Made by a program: the position numbers and the translations under genes
Origin: the human T2T-CHM13v2.0 reference genome, Homo sapiens
Reading direction: 5' to 3' (one strand)
NCBI RefSeq assembly: GCF_009914755.1
Contig: NC_060935.1
Length of the DNA: 64,000 nucleotides
Notes under the pieces: model-generated
Told to the model about the DNA's origin: nothing
Databases searched by the model: none
The model's input: only the letters and a program-made list of their open reading frames with translations
Part shown: positions 13,393-25,342 of the stretch, piece by piece
How positions within the stretch are numbered: the stretch's first letter is position 1
Layout of the letters: every line of letters begins with the position of its first letter

Positions 13393-14766
13393 TAGGTCAT
13401 TGAAATCACTAAAATCATAAATCCGTGTTCTGGATCCAATGAATAGCTATCTCATTTTCATTATGCAGAATCCTAATACTTTTTAGTATTCATATCAACC
13501 TAAAAATAGATTTTGTCTCAAAAGGATCCACTATAACCATTGCTTTGAAAAAATAAGAAAATAGTCATTTGGAAAAAATTATATGTATTTGTTATCCAGT
13601 TTATCCAATTTCCATACAAAGTACTTATTCATAAATTTAAAGTACAATATCCTGGTTTGAGTATGATAAATAACCAAAAGAAAATAGTCATGCTTATGAA
13701 TGATTAGCCTACAAGTGTGGTAACATTCTTTCTGAACAAACACAAAAGTCCATGCTTCAAATTTGGTTTTCTGCCCAATAAACTTCTTATTTAGGATGTG
13801 ATTAATGTACCATTACTTCAACATCACTAATGCATATACTCAGTCATATGAATCACACATTTAGATTAAAAACTTGCCAGGAATGAATTGTTGAAAAAGT
13901 TGAGGTCTCAAAGCAGCAAAATCACTTGAAATTCAATCAATAATATCTTCAGTAATTGAAGCACTTGTTCCAGTTGAGAATAAAGATGCTCTAAAAATTA
14001 CATGGTTACCTTTGCTATTTCTTGCTCTGGGAATGAAATGACTTTGCAGCACAAAGTCATTTAGGCAAGAATTGGGGTTCATGTTTATAATGGCCAGAAG
14101 TATCAAAAAATAGACTTTTATAAGCCCATGATCCAAAGATTAGTTATGTTATCAGAAAACTAACTACAATGAGGGTTGCTGATGTTTAAATAACTTATTA
14201 TAAATATGTTAGAGCTTATAGACATATTCCTTAAAAATTGGGGGGAAGAATAATAAATAGAATCAAGGAGGAAAATGGACTACGAATATTTTTGTAAGGC
14301 AGGTTTAGAAAAGATAAACGAAGGCAAAGCAAACTGTTCTCAACTCAGGACTTGAAATCCTGAGTTGGTCACTGAGAATAAACTAACGTATATATAAAGG
14401 GCAGAAAAGAGTATAAAACAAGCTTTTATGGTGTTTTCTGCTGTGTTTTTATGTATTCTGTCATAAAGTACCTAATTCTGTAAATTAGAAAAATATTTTG
14501 TAAAACATACTTTAGTGGACATGGTTATTTCTATTTTGGCTGAAAAGATTTTTTTCAAAACAGAATTGCCTATTATTTTCCCATTTTAAGAAAATAATCT
14601 AAAATCATGGGACCTATAAGAAAAGTCAGTTAACTTTTTATGAAAGAATATAAGCAATGGATCACAAGATCAAATCATCCTTCTACTGAGTATAGGTTCT
14701 GTGTTTTCGACATCTATCAAAAAATGGCAGGTATGAAAGATGAATTCTCTTGCCTGTGGTCAGATC

Positions 14767-15760
14767 CAGCAGTGTACTGGAGCTGCCACTAGCTAAGTGT
14801 TAAATTTTTAGAAATTTGTCCAACTAATTTTTAAACACAGCTGCTTTTTTTAATCATATAAAATTACAGTTAAAAATTTTAAAAACCAAAGGTAATAAAT
14901 ACTCAAAATTCATCACTTCCTAAATGTATTTTACTACCAAATACCAACTATGCTGTTGAAGTTATTTACATTGGCATTATCTGTATGATAAATACTATAT
15001 AATCGTAAATTCTGTGCATTTTTCCTAATTCCATGTTCAGTGATAGTAAATTCATAGCTTGAAACTGGCCATGCTGTATTTACATCATGAAAATCAGCAA
15101 ATGCTATGAATCAAAGCTTGATTTACTGTGTTGTTGTCTGTATTCGATGTGGTAGAAAATGTTAATATGAAGATTAAATATAAAAGTGGGTTATGTCTCT
15201 AGCTGTTACATTATAAATTGCACAAAAAATAAGAAAATATTACTCCTGTTTTCAAAAATGATTATTTAATTCAGCAGAGAAATCATTTGTATGCTTGAAG
15301 AACAAATAGTCATACAAACGTTCTCCTTCCTTCACTTTTACATGACTAAGTCAATGAAAATATCAATCAACATTCATGTTGAGGCTACACTCATTTATCA
15401 ATGTCAAGAGTGATTCCTTTTGTCAAATCTCATAGTAAACAAGTGTTTATTTGTAGTCTGATTCCTTTTGTCAAATCTCATAGTAAACAAGTGTTTATTT
15501 GTAGTCTGATTTTGTCAGTTCATTGTTTAATTGCAACCATAGTTTGGCTACAGGTAAAAGAGTTTAACAAAACGAACAAAAGTATTATTTCAGAAACAGT
15601 TGATTATATGTAATGTACAATAGGAAATATTGTATATTTTATTATTTGTAAATTTCATGCTATACAGCCTTTATATCATTAAAGTATATTATAGATTTGA
15701 GTATACATATATGTTATTTTATCACATTTACTATTGTTAGACATCTCCAATACACCATTA
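14767..15760 (+). mobile_element. MER63 (long form, hAT-Blackjack) DNA transposon
   Basis: Starts cagcagtgtactggagc, contains aaaggtaataaatactcaaaattcatcacttcctaa, ends ccaatacaccatta (degenerate TIR); matches recalled MER63 consensus. Confidence 0.8.
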
Positions 15761-16989
15761 TCAATATCCAAGTTATAGATCATTTTTTTAAAATATCCTA
15801 ACCCAATAACTCAGTATGGCTTGGTACTCCAAGAATTTAGCCAATTTATTTGTAAGTCTATATTTTTAGCCTACATTTCCTCTTGCACTTAGTGAGATCT
15901 GCTATTATTATACAGATTATTGCTTCCTTTGGATTGATTGAAAAACTTTAGCATAGTATTTTTAAATATGATGAATTTATTTCATCCTACGCACCTTTTG
16001 TCCACTCATGGCTCTATTCAACTCAGTCACATCCCCTTTCTGCTTCCATTATTACAAAATGAAGATTCTTCACTCAACTGAATAAATCACTTTCTTTGCT
16101 TTTGTCTGTTATTTATAAATACCTTATAAATCAAAGACCACGAAACACATCTGCTTAAGTAAAGTGTTTTCCCAGATTATCCACTGATACTTTCAAGATC
16201 TGGAATCTATAAATCCAAGAGAAACTTATGCCAATTTCAGAGGCATCAATAATAAGAGGTAAGTTTTACTCTCAATACTGCACCACAGATTGCAAATGGC
16301 AGATGAATAAAATGATCAAGGTCCAATCATAAACAAGAACACAGTAGGAATGGAAAAGGAAAATAATGAGAGTACTGGGAAATGATCAAGAAAACATTCC
16401 AGTATCTGTAGATTAGAATTAACGTTTTTCCAAATTGAGGGGAATCCATAAGTAACTGGCTGTAAGTATGAGGTTCCTTCATTCTTCAAATATGTAGCAA
16501 CCACCTACAATATGTCATGTACTGTGCTAGGTGCTGGAGATAAAACAGTGAGCAGTATATAATCTTAGTGCCTGCTTTCAGGGCACCTATACTTTAAAAG
16601 TGAGAGGGATGACTTTGTCATCTTACCTCTTAGGGAAGCATGTTTATTTTCTATTTCTATTGCAGCATTTGTGTTTTCATTGGCCTTCCTCAAGCTGCAG
16701 TATCAAAGAACATTTACAGAAATGTCTTGACTTCAAATATTTCTATAAATACCCATCACCTCCTTAGTTATTATTTTAACCACACTTATCTTCTAGTGCT
16801 GTGCCTCAGACATGCCAGGCATACTCCAATAGTAGGGACTTTGCACTAGATATTTCCTGTGCCTGAAAGTTCTTACTCTAGATGTTCACATGAGTGACTT
16901 CTTCATATTTTTAAAATCTTAGTTCAGTGTCAACTTCTTAATAAGTCTTACCCATGTTAATAAGGCCTTCCTTTATAAGATCTGCTACC

Positions 16990-18410
16990 TGTGATGATTA
17001 TTACATGTGTCAAATTGGCTGGGCTATGGTGGTCAGCAGTGTGGTAAAACACTAGTCTAGATGTTGCTGTGAAGGCATTTTGTAGATGTGATTGACATTT
17101 GTAATCAGTTGACTTTAAGTAAAGGAGATTACATTTGATAATATGAGTGGAACACATCCAATCGAGGCCTTAAGAGCAGAAGCTGACATTTTCTGGAGAA
17201 GAAGGAGTTCTACCTTAAAACTCTAACATAGCTCTGCTTGAGTGTTGCGGCAAGTCAGGGACCCTGAACAGAGGGACCAGCTGAAGCCATGGCAGAAGAA
17301 CATAAATTGTGAATATTTCATAGACATTTATTAGTTCCCCAAATTAATACTTTTATAATTTCTTATGCCTGTCTTTACTGCAATCTCTAACATAAATTGT
17401 GAAGATTTCATAGACACTTATCACTTCCCCAATCAATACCCTTGTGATTTCCTATGCCTGTATTTACTTTAATCTCTTAATCCTATCATCTTCATAAGCT
17501 GAGGAGGATGTATGTCACCTCAGGACACTGTGATGATTGCGTTAACTGCATAAATTGTTTGTAGAGCATGTGTGTTTGAACAATATGAAACTGGGCACCT
17601 TGAAAAAAGAACAGGATAACAGCAATGTTCAGGGAACAAGGGAGATAACCTTAAACTCTGACTGCCGGTGAGCCAGGTGGAACAGAGCCATATTTCTCTT
17701 CTGTCACTAAGTTCTTTTTCTCAGCAAGGAACATCCCTGAGAAAGAGAATGCGTCCCTGAGGGGAGGCCTCTAAAATGGTTGCCTTGGGGGCGGCTGTCT
17801 TTTACAGTTGTAGCTGTGGGATGAAATAAGCCCCGGTCTCCCATAGTGCTCCCAGGCTTATTAGGAAGAGGAAATTCCCGCCTAACAAATTTTGGTCAGA
17901 CCAGTTGTCTGCTCATAAACCCTGTCTCCTGATAAGATGTTATTAATGACAATGCATGTCCGAAACTTCATTAGCAATTTTAATTTCGCCCTGGTCCTGT
18001 GGTCCTGTGATCTCGCCCCGCCTCCATTTACCTTGTGATATCTTATTACCTTGTGAAGCATGTGATCTCTGTGACCCACACTCTATTCGTACACTCCCTC
18101 CCCTTTTGAAAATCATTAAGAAAAACTTGCTGGTTTTACAGCTCAGGGGGCATCACGGAACTTGCCGACATGTGATGTCTCCCCCAGACACCCAGCTTTA
18201 AAATTTCTCCCTTTTTTACTCTGTCCCTTTATTTCTCAGACTGGCTGACACTTAGGGAAAATTGAAAAGAACCTACATGAAATATCGGGGGTGAATTTTG
18301 CCTGATATTGAGTTTCTGGCCTGCTGGCCTATCCTATGTATTTTAAACTTTCCAGTTCTGACAATCATGTGGGTCAATTTCTTAAAATATAGCTCTGTAA
18401 ATATATATGT
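16990..18410 (+). mobile_element. MLT2 (ERVL) LTR interrupted by MER11 (parts 16990-17242 and 18313-~18410)
   Basis: tgtgatgatta...tgtgtcaaattggctgggc...gatgttgctgtgaagg...gactttaagtaaaggagatt; resumes after MER11 with tttctggcctgctggcctatcc. Confidence 0.8.
17243..18307 (+). mobile_element. MER11 (HERV-K11/HML-8) solo LTR
   Basis: Starts tgttgcggcaagtcagggaccc, ends gggggtgaattttgcctgata; TSD ttgag (17238-17242 / 18308-18312). Confidence 0.93.
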
Positions 18411-18589
18411 ATGTAATATTAATATATATACTGTATACACATATATGCATATATAACAAATTTTATATCCAATTATACCCAATAGTATATAAAACTAATT
18501 ATATACATAAAACCAGTAGAATATGTACCATGTAAATAGAATATATACTAATTACATACATAAAACCAATAGAATATATACCATGTCTA

Positions 18590-20455
18590 AACATACAGTT
18601 AGATAAAAGGCCTAAGTTCTTTTTTTTTTTTTTTTTTTTGTGAGCAACAAGGCTGTTTATTTCACGTGGGTGCAGGCGGGCTGAGTCCAAAAAGAGTCAG
18701 TGAAGGGAGGTAGGGGTGGGGCCGTTTTATAAGATTTGGGTAGGTAAAGGAAAATTACAGTCAAAGGAGGGTTGCTCTCTGGCCGGCAGAGGTGGGGGTC
18801 ACAAGGTGCTCAGCGGGGGAGCTTTTGAGCCAGGATGAGCCAGGAGAAGGAATTTCACAAGGTAATGTCATCAGTTAAGGCAGGAACAGGCAATTTTTAC
18901 TTCTTTTGTCATTCTTCAGAGGCCATCTGGATGTATACGTGCAGGTCACAGGGGATAAGATGGCTTAGCTTGGGCTCAGAGGCCTGACATTCCTGTCTTC
19001 TTATATTAATAAGACAAATAAAATGAAATAGTGGTAAAGTGTTGGGGTGGCAAAAATTTTGGGAGGTGGTATGGAGAGATAATGGGTGATGTTTCTCAGG
19101 GTTGCTTCGAGTGGGATTAGGGGCGGCGTGGGAACCTAGAGTGGGAGAGATTAAGCTGAAGGAAGATTTTGTGGTAAGGGGTGATATCGTGGGGTTGTTA
19201 GAAGAAACATTTGTCATGTAGAATTATTGATTATGTCCTGGATACGGTTTTGTATGAATTGAAAAACTAAATGGAATAAGAAGGAGAAAAACAGGTATTA
19301 AAGGACTGAAAATTGGGAGGACCCAGGACATCCAATTAGAGAGTGTCCAAGGGGGATTCAGTGTAGTTACTTGCTTGGTTGGTGAGTTTTTCGGCTCTAT
19401 TCTTGACAGAGTCCCTTTTTTAAGTTGGAGGCTGAGCTTGGTGTGGTGTGTTTTTAAAAGACCATTAGTCCATTCTAACTTTCATTAAGATTGAGGACGG
19501 TAAGTGATATGAAGGTTCCACTGAATACCAAGAGCCTGAGAAACTGCTTGGGTGATTTGACTAGTAAAGGCCGGTCCGTTATTGGACTGTATAGAGGTGG
19601 GAAGGCCAAACCGAGGAATTATGTCTGACAGAAGGGAAGAAATGACTGTGGTGGCCTTCTCAGACCCTGTGGGAAAGGCCTCTACCCATCCAGTGAAAGT
19701 GTCTTCCCAGACCAAGAGGTATTTTAGTTTCCTGACTTGAGGCATGTGGGTAAAGTCAATTTGCCATTCCTGGGAGGGGGCAAATCCCTAAGCTTGATGT
19801 ATGTGTAGGGAAGGTGGGGGGGCCTGAACAATCCCTGAGGAGTAGTAGAATAGCAGATGGAACACTGAGAAGTGATTTCCTTAAGGATAGACTTCCACGA
19901 TGGAAAGGAAATGAGAGGTTCTAAGAGGCGGGCTAGCGGCTTGTAACCTACATGGAAGAGGTTAGGAAATGACAACAGAATAGAATGGGCCTGTGAGGCT
20001 GGAAGGAGATATTTTCCTTGGTCTAAGAACCATTTGCCTTGTGTGGGAAGAGATTGATAGGTGGAAGTTTTAGTGGGGGAGTAGGTGGGAATGGCCAAAT
20101 GAGAAGGAGAAAAACTGCCATGAGAGATAGAAGTTGGAATGCTAGCAGCTTTTTTTTTTTTTTAAGCTATCTTATCAGCATAAGCATTGTCCTGAGCAAT
20201 GGGATCTGATGAAAAGGCATAAGTTCTAGCATTCAATACTACAGTAGGAAAATTGTAGTTAAAATAATTAATGTATATTTCAAAATAGAAGAATTGTAAT
20301 GTCCCCAACACAAAGAAAAGATAAATGTTTGAGTGGATAGATACCCCATTACTCTGATTTAATCATTAAACATTCTATACATATATCACAATATCACACA
20401 TATACCAAGAACATGTACAACTATTATTTAATCAATAAAAATTACAAAAAAAGAC
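18590..20455 (+). mobile_element. L1MA-type 3'-end fragment hosting the HERV-H retrocopy (parts ~18590-18620 and 20212-~20455)
   Basis: acagttagataaaaggc.taagttctag...tccccaacacaaagaaaagataaatgtttgag...tacaactattatttaatcaataaaaa, typical L1MA 3' UTR. Confidence 0.8.
18621..20211 (-). mobile_element. 5'-truncated, polyadenylated HERV-H retrocopy (integrase region, PPT, LTR7 U3-R, poly-A)
   Basis: Integrase ORF remnants (19485-20098: DTFTGWVEAFPT...RFGLPTSIQSNNGPAF); PPT next to LTR start at 18989; LTR ends at AATAAAcagccttgttgctcac followed by poly-A (T run 18621-18639); TSD aaaaggcctaagttct (18605-18620) / aaaaggcataagttct (20212-20227). Confidence 0.93.
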
Positions 20456-21157
20456 ATTTTGATTACCAATAATAAAAGCTTATGCTGGTTTAGGCAGAAC
20501 AATTTCCATTTCTGTTGGTTTCTCACACTAAAGTCAGATCTCTCACTCTTTAATAGGACATTGGCCACCACTATCTCCATGTATGGCAACTTTATTTGGG
20601 ATGGGAAGCAAAAATGTTTTAATATTTTATTCTGAAAAGTTTTCAATTTGAGCTGTATATATTTGAATCCCATTGAACTGGCTAGTTTTGCATCCCTATC
20701 CCTAAACCTATCACTGAAGCCAGGGTAATAAGATATTCTTATTTGCCAAGCCTACACAATATGACCATTCTCAGTACAGGATTGAGGATAGCCCAGCTCC
20801 ATCCAGAAACATAAGCTGAGAGATAAGGATGGGTGTATTTCTCACTTTTTACTAAAACAGTCCACTCTTCACTCTACCTCCTTCAGGAAATCCAGGCTCT
20901 TAAACACAACAGAAAACCATTATCTACAAAAATAGAAAATGCTGCTAATTTTAGTTTGTAATTTTTTTTTTCCTGAGAGGCAGCCAAGCACAGTGTGAAA
21001 GCCCATGACCTGGAAATCATGAATGTCAGGTACTAGTTCTGGCTCAGCCGACATCTCAATACATGAATTTCTGTAAGTCCTGCTTCAGGTTCTAGAAATA
21101 ACACACTGGAGACCAAATCTCAGCTACAACACTTTTTAGGTAGTTTATATTGGGTGA

Positions 21158-21610
21158 TGTTATGAATTGAATTATGCCCCCAAAAAAGATATGTCCAAGT
21201 CCTAATTCTTAGCACTTATAAATGTGACTTTATATGGAAATATAGTCTTTGCAGACATAATCAAGTTAATATTAGGTCATTAGGGTGGGCTATAAGCTAA
21301 GATCACTGATGTCCTTAGAAGTGACAACAGAGATATAGACACGAGGAGAATGACATGTGACAACCAAAAAAAAAAAAAAAAAAAGATTGGAGGTATGCAT
21401 ATATTGGAGGAATGTCAAAGATTGACTACCACCACCAGAAGCTATTAGAAAATGTAAGGAAGGATTCTCCCCTACAAGTTCCAGAGGGGGCATGGCACTG
21501 CCAACTCCTTGACCTCAGACTTCTAGCTTCAAGAACTATAAGAATAATTTTCTGTTATTTCAAGCCATTCAGTTTGTGGTATTCTGTTATAGCAGCCCTT
21601 GGAAACTAGG
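21158..21610 (+). mobile_element. MLT1B/C-like MaLR solo LTR, flanked by MIR fragments
   Basis: tgttatgaattgaattatgccccc...gtctttgcagacataatcaagttaa...atagcagcccttggaaacta. Confidence 0.82.
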
Positions 21611-23239
21611 AATATTCCTAAATTGTTGAAGCTCCAGTTTCCTCAAATACAAAATAGGAGAATATTATTACCAACTTCATTAGATCACTGAATTAATGTA
21701 CATTAAGAGTTTAACATTGGGTCTAGCACAAAATAGATACATAAGTGGAAATTGTTTAACTCAATGTTGTTAAGATTAATTTTAAGAACTCGCTCCTTGC
21801 AACTTCACATGTTTCAGGTGGTCTCAACCTGTAAACAACCTCGTAAATTAGACAGAATGGAAATTCTTACATCTGTTTTACATATGCGGTATTGGAAACC
21901 AAAATACACACACACAATATATCCAGGTTCACACAGCCACTTCCTGATGGAGACAGGGTTCAATCTTAAGCATTTTGAATGTAATTGGATATTTCTTTAC
22001 ATGTAGAAAAATATATCTCAGAGTAACATGAGTCTTTTTATCCTCCAGCATTGAGGGTCTATATTTCTGAATATCTTCTATACTTATTACTCTTCTAAGT
22101 GAATTATAATTATTAATATATGGGTTCCTGTAACAATCACTGTGGCAACTACATGCCCATTTCTCAGGAAAGGAAACCAAAGTTCAGAGAGAGGAGTTAT
22201 CTACTCAAAGTCACACAACTTGTAATGGTAGACACAGGATTCCAGATTTCTTACATTTCTAACCGGTGTACATTTCATTTCCTCCCACTGTCCTCATACA
22301 CAAAAAAATAACCTAAGATTGTTTTTATTCTTTTGGCTGTGCATAAGTTAGTGTCATTTATCATGTGCCCTTTGGACAATACAATTCCAAGTTCTTCCAA
22401 TACTCATTTGAATATATCAAGGTAATTTTTAATCCTTTTTAAAGACCCAACTCCTTGCTTGCCGAGTGTCATTAAAAGGGAGACTACTTATCACAACATT
22501 TAGCAGCACAAAATGACACTAACATAAATGGTGCTGCCTTCTTTAAGGGACAGCTTCCAAATGGTTCACTAGCAGCTCTGATCTTTAAGCTCTGGATTTT
22601 TGGGTGACACACAGTTCCACTCAGCAGCTTTGCTCAGGAAAACAAAAAAGGTATGATCACAGAGTCATGTAAAGTATCCAGATTAAAATGGGATTTAAAA
22701 TCAGTAAAAATGGTGTGCAAGAAACAGAAGACAGAACAAAAGAGCTCTGACTCACAGAGCCAGACATTCAGATTAAAAAATAGATATGAGTTCACTTCTG
22801 AAGGTGCTAAGGGAAATGTCACCACACTCTAATGCCCTGATGATGGTTTCCTTTTGGCTTCAATAAATAACTGAAATTACAAAGATCCTGTGACAATGTG
22901 ATAAGCACGTAGTGCAAGTAGCACGTGCTCTTAAATGCTATTTATTGGCAACACATTTTACCAGAAAATGTCATTTCCTATCAAACTTTACCAGTAAACG
23001 GAGTCAGGATGACAGAAACAAAGAAGGAAAGGAACACATGTTGTGAGTCCACAACAGGCATTAGCTGAGCATCTACTTTTGCAAGTTATTATTCTAAGCT
23101 CTTCAGATGCAGCATGGAATAGAGCCAAGTTCTTGCCCTTGCAGAGCTTTTATCCCAGGGTAGTGTCTACTATGTGCCAAGGGTTTTATGAATGTTATAT
23201 CATTTAATCTTCATTAACTCTATCATGGTAGGTATAGTG

Positions 23240-23690
23240 CAGATGGTTTTTGCTTTTGTTTTTTGACTGTTGACATTTATTTCTCCTTCTTGTGGCAAAC
23301 ATCCTTTTTGAGAAATTACCTCTCATCCATATATGTAATCTTTATATGTCTGTAAATAAAAGTATTCTATGCTCTTGTAGCCAAGCTGTTATGTTAGGGC
23401 AACTGGATTTTTTTTCAAGAACCTTAAAACTTAATGTGAGAATTTTAAGGGTAGAGGGAAAAGCAGCGGGCAGCATTTTTTACAGCAATGTTGTCAAAGG
23501 AGATATGAAGTATTTCTGCCTCTTGATTCCCCACGACAGCCATGAATCCTGCCTATTTGCAGTCCAGGTTTTACTGCCTTCCCATGTATTCCATGAATTT
23601 CCCCAATATTCTTCCAACGAATTTCCTTTCTGTTAAGTTTGCCAACAAGTATCCATCACTGGCAACAAATGAACCCTAATTATTAAAATA
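23240..23690 (+). mobile_element. Possible ancient ERVL-type LTR (LTR16/LTR33-like)
   Basis: 3' end resembles ERVL LTR termini (ttcctttctgttaagtttgcc...ggcaacaaatgaaccctaat); strongly diverged. Confidence 0.35.
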
Positions 23691-23748
23691 CTTATCATCA
23701 ACATAATGTTGTACCATGAGGAACCTAAAGGACAAAGAGATTAGAAAC

Positions 23749-24146
23749 TGTTAATCAAGCTTAGCCTAAAGCTGCCTCCTTACATATTTAAGTTTGGCCT
23801 AAAGGTTTTTGTGTACATTGTAAACTATAACAAGTGTAGGTGTGAAGCAACCGTAGCTCACACCTGTGCCAATCACTGAGTTTTGGCCAAATGTAGCCAA
23901 CTGTTTGAACCGTGTTCAAAAAGGCAAATACCAAGCTGTAACCAATCCAGTTGTTCCTGTACCTCACTTCTGATTTCTGTACATTTCCCTTTTTTTTTTT
24001 TTTTTTGGCTATAAATCTTCTGCCACGTGGCTGTACTGAAGTCTCTCTGAATCTGCTGTGATTCTGGGGGCTGCTTGATTTGTGAATTGTCCATTGCTCA
24101 ATTCAACTCTTTTAAATTTAATTTGGCTGAAGTTTTTCTTTCAACA
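23749..24146 (+). mobile_element. MER57A-like ERV1 solo LTR inserted in a MIR remnant
   Basis: tgttaatcaagcttagcctaaagctgcctcc...gaagtttttctttcaaca; 4-bp TSD aaac (23745-23748 / 24147-24150). Confidence 0.9.
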
Positions 24147-25342
24147 AAACATGTCCAAATCAAGTCAACATAGCTACTATAAACGTATCTGATCCGAAAA
24201 GTCAAGCTCTTTCCACCATAACATGCAGCATGCTTCTTGATGAGGGCAGTTTAACGGAGAGCATCCTTTTCATAGCTGGTGATGCATCTGTTGCTTTCTT
24301 TCAACAGGATTTCTTAAATAGTGGAAATAACATTAAAGTACACAGAACAGACTGTCTCCTTTTTACAATCACAATACCCAAAAATAAGGCAAACTACCTG
24401 AAGGCTCCAAGTTCTGCTTGTTGTCGGAAATAAACAATATAAGAAGAAATGCTACAGAGTCTCTTTAAAGGGATTTATTTAAATGCTTTCCTCTAATCCT
24501 TTTCTTTGCAGTTCATTTAATGTCTAGCATGATTACATTCCCTGAGTCTTCTGCCAATTAAAAACAAGCATGCCATTGTTCACAATGTCAAGTAAATTTT
24601 TGAGTCAAATACCTTAGAGAAATAAATGTACACTATTAGTGATGATGTATGTATTTTATGGACATTGCATCCTCCACGTTCAATCTCTTCCCATGGTGGT
24701 TCTTTTACTGTTTTGTATGGATAACAATGATTTTGGCCCATGGTGAAGGATGTTATAAAAAACATCCTTTGGAAATGCATTGTCTTATTTACTCTAAAGC
24801 TAATGTTTGCTCTAATGTAGTTTCTATTCAGTGAGAACTCATTCCTGTAGCCATAGAACCAGATCTACCTGTGCTCCTCCTGAACTGGTGGTTTCTCTAT
24901 AATTGATATAGTTAATTATATTTCTGCCTTTCACTTGATTGTTTGAAACTTGAATGCAAGAGTTTGTAAGGAATTGACTCACAGTTGGCTTAAAATTGTC
25001 TGCTTATGTTTTTCAACTATTCACCTATTTTTTCCTACTACTCACTCATATTCCCTCATTTACTTGTATATGGTTTACTATGCTATTTTTAACTTTATGG
25101 AAATAAAAATGATACAGGATGATACCACCAGGCAAAGATAGACATCCAAATGCAATATGTGACATATAGGTTGGTTTAATTCACTTGCAATTTGTTGAAT
25201 GCCTACTTTGTGCTCAATCTTAACCTATGCCAGTCTGTGCATATACTATGCAATGTGAATGTCTTAAAAATTACTAAATTTACAATAAAATATACAAATC
25301 TGTAGAATATCCTGATGTAATCCTTTGGGAAATCACTGATGT

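Noticed and set aside
19485-20098. Integrase-like ORFs as a functional gene
   Set aside because: Frameshifted, truncated HERV-H pol remnants.
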